Notes: generated from the sequence alone by a model not told the origin. A DNA stretch of 64,000 nucleotides from the human T2T-CHM13v2.0 reference genome, Homo sapiens (GCF_009914755.1 NC_060934.1); one strand, 5' to 3'. Positions 15,620 to 29,820 are shown, counted from the stretch's first letter. Translations and numbers: made by a program.

Positions 15620-15923
15620 CCTTGCCTGCCCACTCTGGCCATGGTCATGTTTGACTCACAAAGTATTCCTTACAAATTGAGTTATTTGCCAACATTTAAA
15701 AATTGAATTCATGTGAAAAGCCTGATTTCTAGTTTTTCATTGAGAAAAATCAGAAGCTCCGCCACACTGGGCCCACATTCCCTCTTGGCTGAAACACATC
15801 AGCAGCTGCCACTTTTCAACAGAGAGCATGTGGACTCCAACTGGCCATCATCCCCACCCACCCAGCAACACCCTCATCTAAATTCCCTGCTGGCCTTGTA
15901 AGCATTTCAGTTTGCAACCCCTG
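15620..15923. mobile_element. hAT-Charlie DNA transposon relic (MER102-like)
   Basis: gctccgccacactgggcccacattccc and terminus gcatttcagtttgcaacccctg. Confidence 0.6.
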
Positions 15924-16035
15924 TGATAGGCTGTTAATATTCAGAAACTCAAGGCAGTGGAAACACAGGGATAGGATGTGTAGGGGGAAGAGTTGCCTCT
16001 TATTATTCAAATACATCTTAGAATCTTTTGTGTTT

Positions 16036-16382
<347 letters not shown>

Positions 16383-17772
16383 TTATTCTTCAAATGACTG
16401 TCTCATACTTTGTAATTAGGATGTTTTAAGTATAATATCAGAAGGAAAGCAAAAGGGGACTGTTGTATGTCGTGTTGGTCAGGAACATCTGGTAGGGTCA
16501 CCTCATTGTTCACTGAGGACATGGGCTGAGAGGGATTGAGGCCTCTCCAAGTCCAGAATTAAGGGGTCCACGCTCTCAGCTCTTTCTTAATCCCTCACCC
16601 CTATATCTTGGCAGAGATGTGGAAGTCTCTCCAAAAATCCTTTCCTCCAGCTCTATTCACTGCCCTGTGTCTTTCCTGGTCACTTATTGACAAGAGAGAT
16701 AGGACACCAGCTTGGGTCTTGATGCTGGCTCTGCTCTCTAGTTGGAGGTCTCTGAACAAATTGTCTGATGGCTCTAAGCCTACTTTGTGAGCCAGGGAGA
16801 TGAACACGCCCCAGGCCAGATGCACAGTAGGTATGCACTGAAGGGTAATGTGTGTGAGTCTGGCCCTGCACTACCAGGGCAGACAGTTCTGTAGGAGGTT
16901 AGGATTCCTGGTTGGTGAGTGTGGTCCCCCTGGTGTCACTGCTGGGCTCTAGGGAGGCCTGCTCCTGAGCCGCTGGAGGACCAGGGCCCTGATGGAATGG
17001 GACCAGAGTGGGGACTGTTGCCATATGGGAGAGAGCTGTCTACCCTCCCAGCCACCCTTAGAAATAGGATCTGGTCTTTCAGAACCTCTGTCAACTGAGC
17101 CCCCGATCTCACTAGAGCTTAGCTCTGAGCCCTTCAAAATTCAGCTTTAGCCTCCACAGACTTGCTGTGAGGTCCTGGGCAGGTTGCCTCCCCTCTCTGT
17201 GCCTCTTTGGACACCATGACCTGCTGCATCCCTTCATATACAAGGTTATGGGATAATGTGGTGAATATAAAAAATAAAAAAAAACAGGAAGAGATATGCT
17301 CATTGGGCACTGGTGGTGGGATTGGGCTTGTTGGACTTGCCAAGCCCCCTGTTAGACCGCTGTCTTCCCGGTCAGTGCCCATCTCCTCAATGCTGTCCTC
17401 AGGATAACCAGGCTCTGTCACTCTTGGGGGATGTGGTCCTGGAGGCTGAAGGCAGCAGCCCCTGCCTCCATCTACTGGGCCTAGAATATGTCACTCTTTG
17501 CCCAGAGTCCCCTCGCAGGACAGCCAGTCCCCCAGGAGGGCAAAGAGGACCCAATAGGCCCCAGCCTCACCCAGTGACTCACAGGCCACTGTGCTATACC
17601 CAGGATAGGACAATGTTAAAACCAAATGATACAGACCCTCTCCTTTCTCCCATGTGCTCCTAAACCCTCCATCTGGGTTGATTCCTTCTCCTCCCTTCCC
17701 AGCCCCAGTTCTCTCTGGAGCTGCAGAGGTGGGAGGGGCTGAGGAGCAGACCCTCTGCCACCCAGGAAGCTT

Positions 17773-17808
17773 CTCACCCTCTTCTCTTTCTTTGTGTCCC
17801 CAGGAGCC
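17773..17808 (+). other. CDH23: Exon 2 branch point/polypyrimidine tract/3' splice site and 5-nt 5'UTR portion (GAGCC, 17804-17808)
   Basis: CTCAC 17773-17777, then ccttctctttctttgtgtcccCAG|GAGCCATG. Confidence 0.85.
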
Positions 17809-17875
17809 ATGGGGCGCCATGTTGCCACCAGCTGCCACGTGGCCTGGCTTTTGGTGCTGATCTCTGGATGCTGGG
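17809..17875 (+). CDS. CDH23: Cadherin-23 first coding exon (exon 2), signal peptide MGRHVATSCHVAWLLVLISGCW + first base of Gly23
   Basis: Translation matches the human CDH23 N-terminus as I recall it. Strong Kozak GAGCCATGG, pyrimidine tract + CAG acceptor ending 17803, donor G|GTAAGT at 17876. 67 coding nt, phase 1. Confidence 0.97.
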
Positions 17876-18194
17876 GTAAGTCCAGTCCTCCCCGTGTCTA
17901 TCCCATGGGCAGCCTCTGCACGGGAGGCCAGGCTGGAGGGTGTTGGGGCTGGTGGTTCATCTTTGTGCTCTGGGACTCTGGAGACACTGTCTTACTGTGT
18001 GACTGAGGCACATACTTCCCTCTCTGGGCCTCAGTTGCCTTCTGCAGCTCTCACAGGGCTGAAAATACCAGCTGTCCCCAAAGCCTGGGACACAAGAGGG
18101 AATGGGAGGAGCCTTGAGAAATACTTGAGCTCTAAGGGAAGGAGGCACCTGTGACCGTGAACCGTCCTCCTCCTGGGGTGCAGGGACTGGCCAC

Positions 18195-18560
18195 AGCTCT
18201 ATTCAGTTCCACGGCTGTGTTCTGAGCACCTACTGTTTGCACTGTGTGTGACCTACTGCACCCAGCTCTGAGGGAATGGAGGAAATAACTCATTCTCAAG
18301 AAGCTCAGAGCCTGGCAGGGGAGAAAGACACATGCAGGATTTCCTATACTGCAGGGTGAATAGAGTGGTAATGAAAGATGGGCGCGGCTCCAGGGATGTC
18401 CATCGGAAGAAAAGATGAATTGGGCCTGAGGGGACAGGAGAAACCCAGCCAGAAGGGTCAGCATTTGATCTGGGCTGTGAAGACCAAGAAGTAGTTTTAA
18501 ACTAGGTGAGCAGGAAGAAAGGCGTCCTGCTGGAGGGCATAGTCTGAGCAAAGCTATGGC
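18195..18560 (-). mobile_element. L2 3' fragment
   Basis: ttctgagcacctactg..ctcattctcaagaagctcagagcctggcagggg. Confidence 0.5.
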
Positions 18561-19413
18561 AGCCAGGAGCCTTCCCCTCTGCCCTCCTTTCCTGGCCTTC
18601 CAGCAGCCAGCTCAGAGTGCCAGCTCCAGAGCCCACGGAGGAGGGTAGGAGAGGCCTGGGCATTTGCTTCTCGCTTGGCCCCTGGACAGCAGGTGGTGGG
18701 GAGCAAAGCAGCCCTGGGCTGCACTGAAGGCAGGCCAGGAGAGCAGGCATGCCTGATGTGGCATCCCCCAGGGCCATAGCATCCCCAGAGAAGAGCCGTG
18801 GGCATGGTGTACCTGGTGACACACGCAAACACATTCCTGTGGGGGGCCAGCTCCTTCTCCCCTCCAGGGAGCCAGGCGGAGTCTCTGGAGGCTGCTGCAG
18901 CCTCGTGCTTGTTGGAGTGTTGCTAGCGTCCTGCAGCCTGAGTATCCCTCGAGGATTCCCTCTCCTTGCCTCCATGTTTGAAGGGATCCCTACTGGAATC
19001 CCCCCTGTGATGGGAAGCTCACTCCCATCCAGGCAGCCCAGGAGTACAGCACAGTCTCAAAGACTCTCAGAGTGCAAGGGAGCCTCAGGCGCTTTTTTAA
19101 CTCCCAGCTCATTTTACAGAGGAGACACCGAACCCTGGAGAAGCTACTGGCCCAAGGCTGTACAAAGCAGGGGTCTGTTATCCTCCATGGGGGCTTCTGT
19201 CAGGATATCACCCCCCTCACCCCGCTCCCCCCCTGCCTCATGTGGGAGGCTTCAATCGGGGCTCCTGAGAGCAGCCGTGGCCTCCATGTTCGCTGCACGG
19301 TGGGAGTCAGGACACTTTCTTCAGCCTCCCCGGGGACTCTGCCACCTGGGATCCACCCTCCTCCCCCATTCTGTTCCACTCACTTTCTTCATCCGTTAAA
19401 AAGAAATACATTT

Positions 19414-20085
<672 letters not shown>

Positions 20086-22169
20086 AGAAGTTATCTTTCT
20101 CTAAGGGGAGCAAAATGGGGCATAGAAAACAGAGAAGCTAAGCAAATTGCCCAAGGTCACCCAGCAATTCTATGCCAAAGCGTGTATGGTCGGCCTGCAT
20201 GTGGACTAGCCTGCTTTGCCATACGCACAAGGGTCCCTCACTCTCTCATTGCTTGGCACAGTCACCTCTTTCTGGTCCCTGTCTGAAGCAGCCAGTGCTG
20301 TTCCTTTGGCCTAGTGGGGCAGTGGCTGACTTTAGAGACTAGGGGAGAGTGGGTGACTGAACCACCTTCCCAGGCCCTCTAGACACCCCTGACCTAGCCC
20401 TTCACTTGTGCCCCAGATCAGACCACACTGCCCTCGCCACTTTGTTTCCACCTGACCCCGTCACCCCAGCCGATCTCTACCCCCCTACCTGGTAGTCAGG
20501 GATGGGTAGGGCTCAGGGATTTCAAAACCCCTTGCCAGCCTGCCTTCTCTCTTTGAAGCCTCCTGCCCTTCTCCCCTCTGGCCTCAATGTACTCTAGCAA
20601 TTCTCCTTCTTCATCCGTGGGCTTGTTGGGGAGGCAGGAAGCGAAGGCCTGGGCAGGCCTGCCCCACCCCATCCTAGACTGACTAGCCAGCAAGCATTCT
20701 GCTGGGTCACTCCTTCTGTCCCCAGTTGCTGGGTGGGAGAGGCCTCTGACCATGCGGCCACCTGGCTTCCCCACCCGACAACATGTCAGGCTTCTGTCCC
20801 CTGGGGCTCATGTGGGCCACGCTGCAGTCACCTCAATGGTGACCAGGGTGCATGGGACACCTGTGGCCGGGAGGCAGGACTGGAGGGCAGGGCAGGGCTT
20901 TTTGTCCCCATCCTGAGGCTGGAAAATGGGGCGGAGGGCGAGGCAGAGGGAGAGGGATCTGCCTAAGCTCCCCAGCAGCAGTGGCAGAGCATGCAAAGTC
21001 CCTGACTCCTTGAATTTATCCCTGCACTCCCTGTCCAGTGCGCCTTCCTTGTCAAGGGGCGACTGGCGGGGGCACTCTGAGGATCTCTCCAGCAGGGATC
21101 TCAGCAGAGCCACTGCGCCTTCAGCCCCCACCACCGCCCTGAGGCCTGGGGAGGCGACCGGGGCTTGGACTCAGACTGGCCTGGCTGGAATCTGGACCCT
21201 CCACTTGCCTGGGTTCTTCATGCCCTCAGAGGAACCCCCACCCCGCAATTCAGGGTGAAGTTTATGCTTCCTGGCTTGGCCCACCCTGATCCGGTGGGGA
21301 CCTTCCCCATACAAGCACACCGACGTCCCTTCAGTCCCAGATCAGGTCCCCTGGATGCCACCTCCATGCCGCCACCCAGCCTCTGTTTACCCCTGTGTGT
21401 GGGAAATGCTTGTCATTCAGCAGGCAGCTGGAATGCTGTGCCCTCTCTGTGCCCTTCTCTCCCCTCTCTCCTCAGGCCCCTTAGGGTGCTAGAACTAAGT
21501 AAAGCAGGCACATGCCCTCCCGGTCTGCCTTTGCAGGCTCTAGTTGGGGAATGGCCATGGGGGTGGCAGAGAGGGCGGGAGAGGGCTCAGGGCAGTGCTC
21601 ACAAGCCACAGACCCACAATGGGGTGGGCCACGTGGGGCTTGGGACAGAGAGAGGGGTCCTGCACTTGGGAAGCTGGGATTCTCCTTCCCCGGAAGAAAT
21701 CACCCCCTGCCCCTCCCCTTCTACATCCACTTACATTCCCGCTTCGCTGGAGGCCCCAAAGCTGCTGAGCACACAGCTGCTGCGCTTTAACAGCGGCTTT
21801 GAGAATAAGTCACCTGTCTGCCCCGCCTGTGGTGGGCCTGCTCTGGGAACACAGGTCCTGTTTGGTATGTGGCAGGCGACCCACGTCCCGGAGTCTGCCT
21901 AGCTGTCTGTGCAGAGCTCCCAGCGACTGATTAGTGGCAGGCCCTGTAAAGTAAAATTTAGAAATGAACGATGCCACTGCAGGTGATTTTTTTTCCTCAC
22001 TGGTTTCCTGGCCTCAACAGCCCAAAGCAGCTATTGAATTCTCTGGGCACTCATTTGCCTCGGCTGGGCTGCGTCCTGCTCTCCTGTATCCTGAGCCCAA
22101 GGCCCCCAGCAGGGATCAAAAGCCTTCCCGTCGGCTGCAAAGGCAGCGTATTTATTAATACCACTGTTA

Positions 22170-22330
22170 ATACTGGCTACCATTTATGGAGTGCTTGCTG
22201 TGTGCCAGTGGCACAGCGCTAAGCGCTTTATGTATGTAATCTCATTTAATCCTCAGGTTAGCCATGAAGTCCTATTATTATGGCTATTTTACACATGGGT
22301 AAACTGAGACATGGGATGATCATGTGGCTA
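22170..22330 (-). mobile_element. MIR SINE
   Basis: atctcatttaatcctca..tattatta..ttttacacatgggtaaactgag. Confidence 0.7.
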
Positions 22331-23454
22331 GAAAGAGGCACAGGGAGGTTTCAAAAAAGGTGAGGCCCTTGACCACCACCTCTGTCTGAGGCTGTTGTGC
22401 TCCTGACAGGAGACTGGGGAGGTGTGTACGTGGGTGCATGTGAGTATTTGGGGTGGTCAGGGAGGGCTTCCTGGAAGAAGGGCCAATGGAAATGAGATTT
22501 GGAGGATGAATAGGAATTTGGCAAATGAAGGCAGAAGGGCCATCGGTCCTGGCCAGGAAGTGAGAGAGGGCAGAATAAGGGACTAGAAATGGCATCAGCT
22601 TGGCTGCCTGAGCACATCGAGGTGGGGAGGAGGAAAAGAGGCCAGTCTCCCAGCTCTGCCTGGTCCCAACTAGGAGGCATCTTGGGTTGGAGGAGGAAGT
22701 GCCATACCCAGATGCCAACCTTCTCACCCTCTGGGAGCCTGGCACATGCTCTGAGGGAGCCCCGGGTCAGCAGAAAGGAAGGGAGAGAGAGCTGCCCCAT
22801 ACACCCACACTCAGGGCCCCTGGAGGGCTGAGCAGGTGCCCCTGATGGCAGGTGCTGCACAATGACAGTCCCACTTCCAGCTAGACCAGCTGCCTCCTGG
22901 TTGGGAGGGACTGAGGGGAAGTGCCCTCACTTGCCTACTGAAGGCCCCTAAGAGAAGCTGGGGGACAGGTGGGGTCAGCTCAGGGAAACTTCATGTGGGG
23001 GCTCCTCATAGGTGCCAAGCTCCCCAGCCCATGTAGGTATCACCCTGACCCCCTCCAGACCCAGCCCGCTCTGAAGCCATCACAGAGCAGCACGTGGTTA
23101 ACAGCACGAGCTTTGGGGTCTGGCTTCCTGGATGGCCACCGCCACTTGCCAGCTGTGAAAGCAAGGCATGTTACTTATGCCCTGGAGTTCTCATTTTCCC
23201 CAGTAAAATAGGGATGTGATAGCACCTGCCTTGCCATCAGGATTGAGTGAGGTGGTTTAAATAGCTGGTATGGAGAAGGGGTTCCTGAGATGGCAGCTAT
23301 TATCATCATCGTTATTATTCTGTGGGATCAGCTGGCCATCCCTTCACACACCAAATCGTCTTGTGGGTTGTCTAAGTGTCAGGCCCTGTTCTGGGCACCA
23401 GGGTTCCACCCGTCAACCAAGCCCTGTCCTTGCAGAGCTCATATTCTGCTAGAG

Positions 23455-24105
23455 CCACACTGCCCAATAGAAAGACAATGCAAGCCACATGTGATTTTAA
23501 ATGTTCTAGGAGCCGCACTAGAAAAGTAAAAAGAGACAACGTGCGATGGCTCACGCCTGTAATCTCAGCACTTTAGGAGGCCAAGGCAGGAGGATTGCTT
23601 GAGCCCAGGAGTTGGAGACCAGCCTGGGCAACATAGTAAGACCCTCCCCACTGCATCTATACAAAAAAAATAAAGTAAAATAGCCTGGCATGGGGCATGC
23701 CTGTGGTCCCAGCTAATTGGGAGGCTGAGGCAGGAAAATCGCTTTAGCTTGGGTGGTCCGGCCTGCCGTAAGCCATGATCACACTGCTACTCTTCAGCCT
23801 GGGTGACAGAGTGAGACTCTGTCTCAAAAAAAAAAAAAAAAAAAAAAAATCGGCAAAGTAAAAAGAAACAGGTGACATTCATTTTAATCATATATTTTAC
23901 TTGATCCAATATATCCAAAATAGAATCATTTCAATATATAATCAATGTAAAAGATCAGTGAGCTATTTTACACTAATTTTTTTCATACAGAGGCTTCTAA
24001 ATCCTGTCTTTTGCCTGAGGAGCCCCTGTCATGTGCTTGCTCCATGTGGGCCATGCTCAGCAGGCACGTGTGGCCGGTGGCCTCACTTGCCACACACCAG
24101 ACAGC
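23455..24105. mobile_element. hAT-Charlie MER33 interrupted by an Alu
   Basis: ctgcccaatagaaa..aagccacatgtgattttaaatgttctag..aaagtaaaaagaaacaggtga..ccaatatatccaaaata..atcatttcaa. Confidence 0.75.
23540..23849 (+). mobile_element. Alu (AluJ-like), 12-bp TSD
   Basis: ggaggattgcttgagcccaggag; TSD AAAGTAAAAAGA 23523-23534 and 23855-23866. Confidence 0.93.
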
Positions 24106-24297
24106 TGCCTGCCGACCTACTGGCATTGTCCCCCACTTGCCTTGAGGCAGGATAGTGACTTCCAGGGTCCTGGGAAGTTGACCATGGCCATGGACACAGG
24201 CTCAGTGCCCACTGCAGCCCTCACCCTGTGTCACCTTATAGAGTGTGTAAAGCTGATGGGGGGTACTTGGCTGACGCTCTTGTCCTCTGACTTCCAG

Positions 24298-24375
24298 GCC
24301 AGGTGAACCGGCTGCCCTTCTTCACCAACCACTTCTTTGATACATACCTGCTGATCAGCGAGGACACGCCTGTGG
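24298..24375 (+). CDS. CDH23: Cadherin-23 exon 3, (G)QVNRLPFFTNHFFDTYLLISEDTPV(G): N-terminal strand of EC1
   Basis: Continues exon 2 in frame (G|GC CAG GTG AAC...). Contains the cadherin xED-TPVG motif. Acceptor TTCCAG ends 24297, branch-like CTGAC 24271-24275, donor G|GTGAGT at 24376. 78 nt, phase 1-1. Confidence 0.97.
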
Positions 24376-27300
24376 GTGAGTGGGGGCATGGGCTGGTGGG
24401 CGTGCAGATGGCCTGGGGTGCAATCCCTTCCCACAAGTGAAGGGGATCTTACAGGTTGAGGTCATCTTCCACCTGATTTTGGAATCTTTTCCATTGTGTA
24501 GAAAGGCCCCTGCTAGGATGCCTCCAGGGACAGGGCACTCAGTCCCACAGAGGGGAGCTCTGAACGTCAAAGGGTTTATCACATTGAGCCTCAGATGCTC
24601 CACTCCCACTTCTGGCACTAGTTTGGATTCCTCTTGCACTTGAAGGCCTTGTGAATATTTGAAGATGGCAGCTGTTGTAGACTTTGTTTTGTGGCCTTTT
24701 GTAATTTTCTGTGATTACTAAGTTTTCTGCATTGAGTTTGCCTGGCTTTGGCATTAGAAAAAACATGAACTATTTAGGGGGTGATTATAAACATCTTGGT
24801 GCTCAGCCCGTCGCCCCATCACTCAGGTCTGTCCCAGTGTCTGGCCCCCTACTGAGGGCCTGCCTCCTACATCTGTGGCCCCATTGTCCTAGCTCAGCTC
24901 TTAGGACCCAGAAGCTTCTCAGGAAACTGAGGCTGAATTGCAGGAGCTGTCTTATAGCTGTGCTGATGGGGAGGCACCTGTGCCCGTGTGCAGGCAGCCA
25001 AACAGCAGCACCTGAAAAGGGCCTGCCCACCTCCACCGACAGCCCTCCTGTGTCATGTCATTCTCGCTGGTGTCACTTTAGGGAAAGTGCCTGTCATCCG
25101 GGGCTTCTTACTCTCGGGTCTGCCATCTCTACATGTGCAAAGGCAGGCCTGTGTGCCAGAGGCCAAGTGCATCAGGGGTCAGCATGGTGCATCTTTAGGG
25201 AGCATCACTTGAACTTGGAAATGAGGCAGGATGGCTCGGAGTGGGGCGGGGTATCAAGATGCTTACCTAATAGGTCATGTACACACTCTTTCATATGAAA
25301 CCCAGTGTAGGTGTGCAGTAGAGTGGATGCATAATTCTTCAACGATCTCTGCTCCAGTGGGGTGCCTTACGCGGGCCCAGACTCTCCCCTGCTGTCAGTG
25401 GGGGCCTGTGAGCAGCGCCTTTCACTCTTCCTGGTGGAGGTTTTTTTTCAGGGGGTGCTGGGCCCAGCAGGTGTGTGTCTGGCTGTTTGTTGTGGGGATT
25501 GTCCCCACGGCCCAGTAGCACTTTGTTCCTGGGGGCTGTGGGGGGCCCTCTGTGGAAAACGGCTACTCCTTTGGTGATAGATCAGTGTTGTAAGGCTAGA
25601 TTTGGGGGTAGGGTTTGGGGATCTGGGTGTTTGAGGGCTCCCCAGGAAGAAGGTTCCTGCCTTTTTGGAATGCCCTCTCATAGGCAGAGCCCCTTTCTGG
25701 GGGTAGAGAGCATACCCACGTCCCTTGGGGACCCTGCTAAGCTGTTTGCTCCCCTTTGGATTGGGTTGAGGGATATTTGTGGACGACTGGACTTGTAACA
25801 CACCTGTATTCTTTGGGTGGAATTCACCTGTGACTCCTCTCTCCACCCAGACCTGGGGTGGGGCTGGCATGGAGCCAACATAGCGGCACACAGTGCATGT
25901 GTCTAGGCAGATGGATGTGCTGTTAGCAGCATTTATCATTATTCATGTCCATTTAAATCTCATCCTCTGGGAGATCCCTTTGTGGTGGAGGGATATATTT
26001 GGAGCAGGTGGGCCACTGAGGCAGTGGTGTGGCCAGTCACTAACTGACCCTGCTGCCGGCTGGGGAAAGTGAAGGCCCCTCTCAAGTGAGTGGTCCCTGC
26101 TCTGTCCCCACATCTGTGACCTGCATGCCAGGTTCTGAGCGTGGGGTCCTCAGAGGCCTATGTATTGGGATGGGTTGGGGAGGGATGGGCATTGCATGGC
26201 CTGTGCTGATGGTGACAAGCCCGGGCTGGAAGCCCATGTGGCCAGCCCTTCAGCAGGTCCTTCTCCTGCTGCCTTCAGCTCTGGCTCTTGATTGTCTTTT
26301 GCAAACGCCAGCATCGATCGGCCTCCGGAAGCAGCTCCCAGGCCTCGAGCCCTGTTAAGGCTGCACTTGGCAGTCACAGCAGGGTGGCTGTCTAGTGCCA
26401 TGGGGATTGATCCCTGACTCCAGGGTGCCATAGGATTGAGAGGGGGCTCAGTGAGCTGGAAGATAGCTATGCTCTTCTCTCTAGGCAGGGGGTGGGTGCG
26501 GAGCTGCCTCAGCGCCCTCCCAGCCTCTTCTCTTCTTTTTGCATCAGTATGGGAACAGCACAGCTTTCACCTGAAAGTCAGGAGCCCAACATCTGTTTCT
26601 CGCTGTGTAACCTTGGGCACAGCACTGCACCTCTCTGGGCCTCTATCTCCTCATTTCAACAATGAGTGGGCATTGGAAAGATGAGCCCAGTGGACTTTGG
26701 CTGGGGCAGCCTGGCTGGCCCCAGTTGTTTCTAGGTTCTCAGAGGAGACCAGCCTGGAGCCCTCTGCTGGGTGCTGGCACCCACTTGTCCCTGGGCCAAG
26801 CAGATGGTGGGTATGGACTCACATGGACGTGTGGGCTCCATGGGTGCAGGCCTCCCACCAGCAGGCCAGGGAGAGGGGGAGGTTGAAATGGCTTGTCCAG
26901 GGGACTGGCCTTTTTCCTGCCATGGCGAGTGGGGTGGTCTAGAGACTTGACTTTGAGACTTGGCTCTCATGAACTGTTCACTCTTTGACTCAGGGTTCCA
27001 GTCACCAAAATGGGTGACTGGATCCCTCACTGGATTGTTGGGAAGTTTACATACAATACCACCACCTCTAAAGCTTCCAACCCAGGAATGTTTTGTTTTT
27101 ACTAAAGGGAGAGCCCGTGTGTGGCCCAGGGATGGCAGATTGGGCTGTCCTACAAGCCATGGGCTTTCAGGGTGGACAAACACACAGATAAGCTGGGTCC
27201 AGGGTGGTGCTCAGTGCCAGTGGCAAGAGGCAGAGCCCAAGCCAGGCTGAACGTGTCGGCTCACCAGAGGTTGGAGTTGTAAGCAGATCAAACTTCCAGC

Positions 27301-28228
27301 TCGAGGCCTCATTACCTGGCTTCTCCTTAGACACCCAGTGATGGTCAGCTCGTGGGCCTACAAGGCAGCTCACTCTGTGCTGTGGGACGGTTCCAGGAAG
27401 AAAAAATTCTTCCTAAGATTAACAGGAAACCTGCCTCCCTGGAACTACCCATTGGGTCTAATTCTGATTGCTGGAGCCTCATAGATTAAAAATGATAATA
27501 TAACACATATGACATACTATATATATAGATATATAGATATATCATAAATTATTATAACAACAGCATTTATTGACTGTTCAAGGCAGTGTCCTAAGTGTTT
27601 TTATGCATTAATTCATTTTAAAAATTCCTTTTAAGAATCAGAGGTAGAGTTGGGCTACAGGGTCTATCTATATGTAGCTTCTGTGAATGTGCTTTCCTGG
27701 GTTAGAGACTGAGACTTTTATCCACCCCCAACCTTCTGAGCCTTCTCGTTTTGTATGCTCTTGCCTGCGTTCCAACAGGGGGCCAGTGGCCTGGGAGCAG
27801 AATGGGAGGGCACAGCATGGCCATCTGAAATCCCTCACAGAGCCTACGTGTTCATTACTATCTCCTCACCTATCTCAGGCTCCAGTTCCCTCTGTGTAAT
27901 GTTCTTTTTGAAGACCGTCTACCAGCCGGAGAAGACAGAAGCCAAATGAAGTCATTAACTAGTGCTGCCTTCTCCTGGTCTGTTCACATCGCCCTGCTTC
28001 CCCAGACAGGGCCCTGAATCCCTGCATGTCTTGCTCCAGACGTTAATATCAGTTGTTGGCAGCAGAGCCTGGAATGCGTGGAGTGGCGTGAGGGCAGATC
28101 AGCAGCTCAGTCCCTGGTCAGGCTGGTTGGCCTCACCCACACCTTGGCCCTGCCTATCAGCCCTGAATGGTCACATGATGCCTTTAGCATGAGGGACAGG
28201 TGCTGCAGGGGTGCTGTCTCCCACTTAA

Positions 28229-28543
<315 letters not shown>

Positions 28544-28559
28544 CCTGAATCTACTTGAA

Positions 28560-29820
28560 ATGCCCCACCAGCCTTGCTGATGTCGAGATCACCAACCACC
28601 TCTGTGTTGCTAAATCCCATCATTTCTTCCCAGACCTTGTGGTCTTCAATTGGTTGATCTTTTTCTCCTCCAGGACACCACCCGCCCCTTCCCAGCCTCT
28701 CTGCTGGTTCCTGCCGCACCACTTAGCATCAGAGGGCCCCAGGGCTCAGCTCTTGTCTCTCCTCTCCTCATTCTCATTCCCGTGGTGGTCCCATCTAGCC
28801 TCCTGGCTTGGACACTACCTATATGCTGACAACTCCTAGCTTTATATTTTCTGTCTGGGCTGCTCTCAGGGAAGACTCCAGACTCCTATAGCCACCTCTC
28901 TACTCAACATTTCTGCCTGATGTCTAAAGGGACATTTTCATCCTCAGTTTGTCCAAAGCTGGAATCCTGACCTCCCCCAGATTCCTGCCTCACCGGCAGC
29001 CTTCCCCATCTCAGCTGTGGCTCCATCCTGCCAGTTGCCCAGGCCAAAAGCTGGGACTCATTCCTGTGCCTCTTTTTCTCCCTCCCCTCCCCTCCCATCC
29101 CTTAGGGCATCCTGTTGGCTCAGTCTCCAAAATCATCCCAGAATCTTCTCACCTCTCGGCCCTTCCACTCCCATCACCAAGGTCCAAGCCCAGTTACCCC
29201 AGCAGCTTCCTCAGGTCTCAGTGTTCTCCCTGACTCGGCCCTCACCCACGCTGCGGCCTTTTTTATCCCAGCCATGGATGGCCCTGCCCAGCCTGAGGCA
29301 GAGCCTGCTCCAAGGCCTGCTCAAGTCGCTCCCTCCCACACGGAGTAAAAGCCCGTGTTCCTCAATGGCAACCAGGCTGTTTGCAGCCCAGCACCTGCCA
29401 CCTGTCAGACCTCGCCCCCACCCCGCTATCCCCCTCGCTAGCTCTACTTCATCTGTGCTGGTCTCCCTCTAGTTCCCTAAGTGTGAAAGGCAAGCTCCCA
29501 CTTCACGGTCTTTGCAGCTGTTGTTCCTGCTACCTGGAACATTATGAACCTGCGCTTACCAGGCTCTTTCAGATGCCACCGCCTCTGGGTGGCCTTCCTG
29601 GGTCTCCTTGTTGGGGGTTAAGTGCTGCTCCCTTTGCTTTTTCCGGGGCCTGGCCATCCTCTCTGTTAGCCCCATGGAGATGCTGCTGTTACTCAGTTGC
29701 TCTTCTGGCTCCCTTCTTGGCCTGTGAATGCCTCCAGGTGGCCTGGCCATCACTGTGTCCCCAGGGCCTAGCCCTGCGCCTGGTGTGCGCCTGGAACTTA
29801 GGGAAGGAGTGCATGTCTGG
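28560..29820 (+). mobile_element. L2 LINE relic (RT region through 3' tail)
   Basis: tcaccaaccacctctgtgttgctaaatcc, ctacctatatgctgacaactcc (LYADNS, degenerate YADD), caacatttctgcctgatgtcta. Confidence 0.75.
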
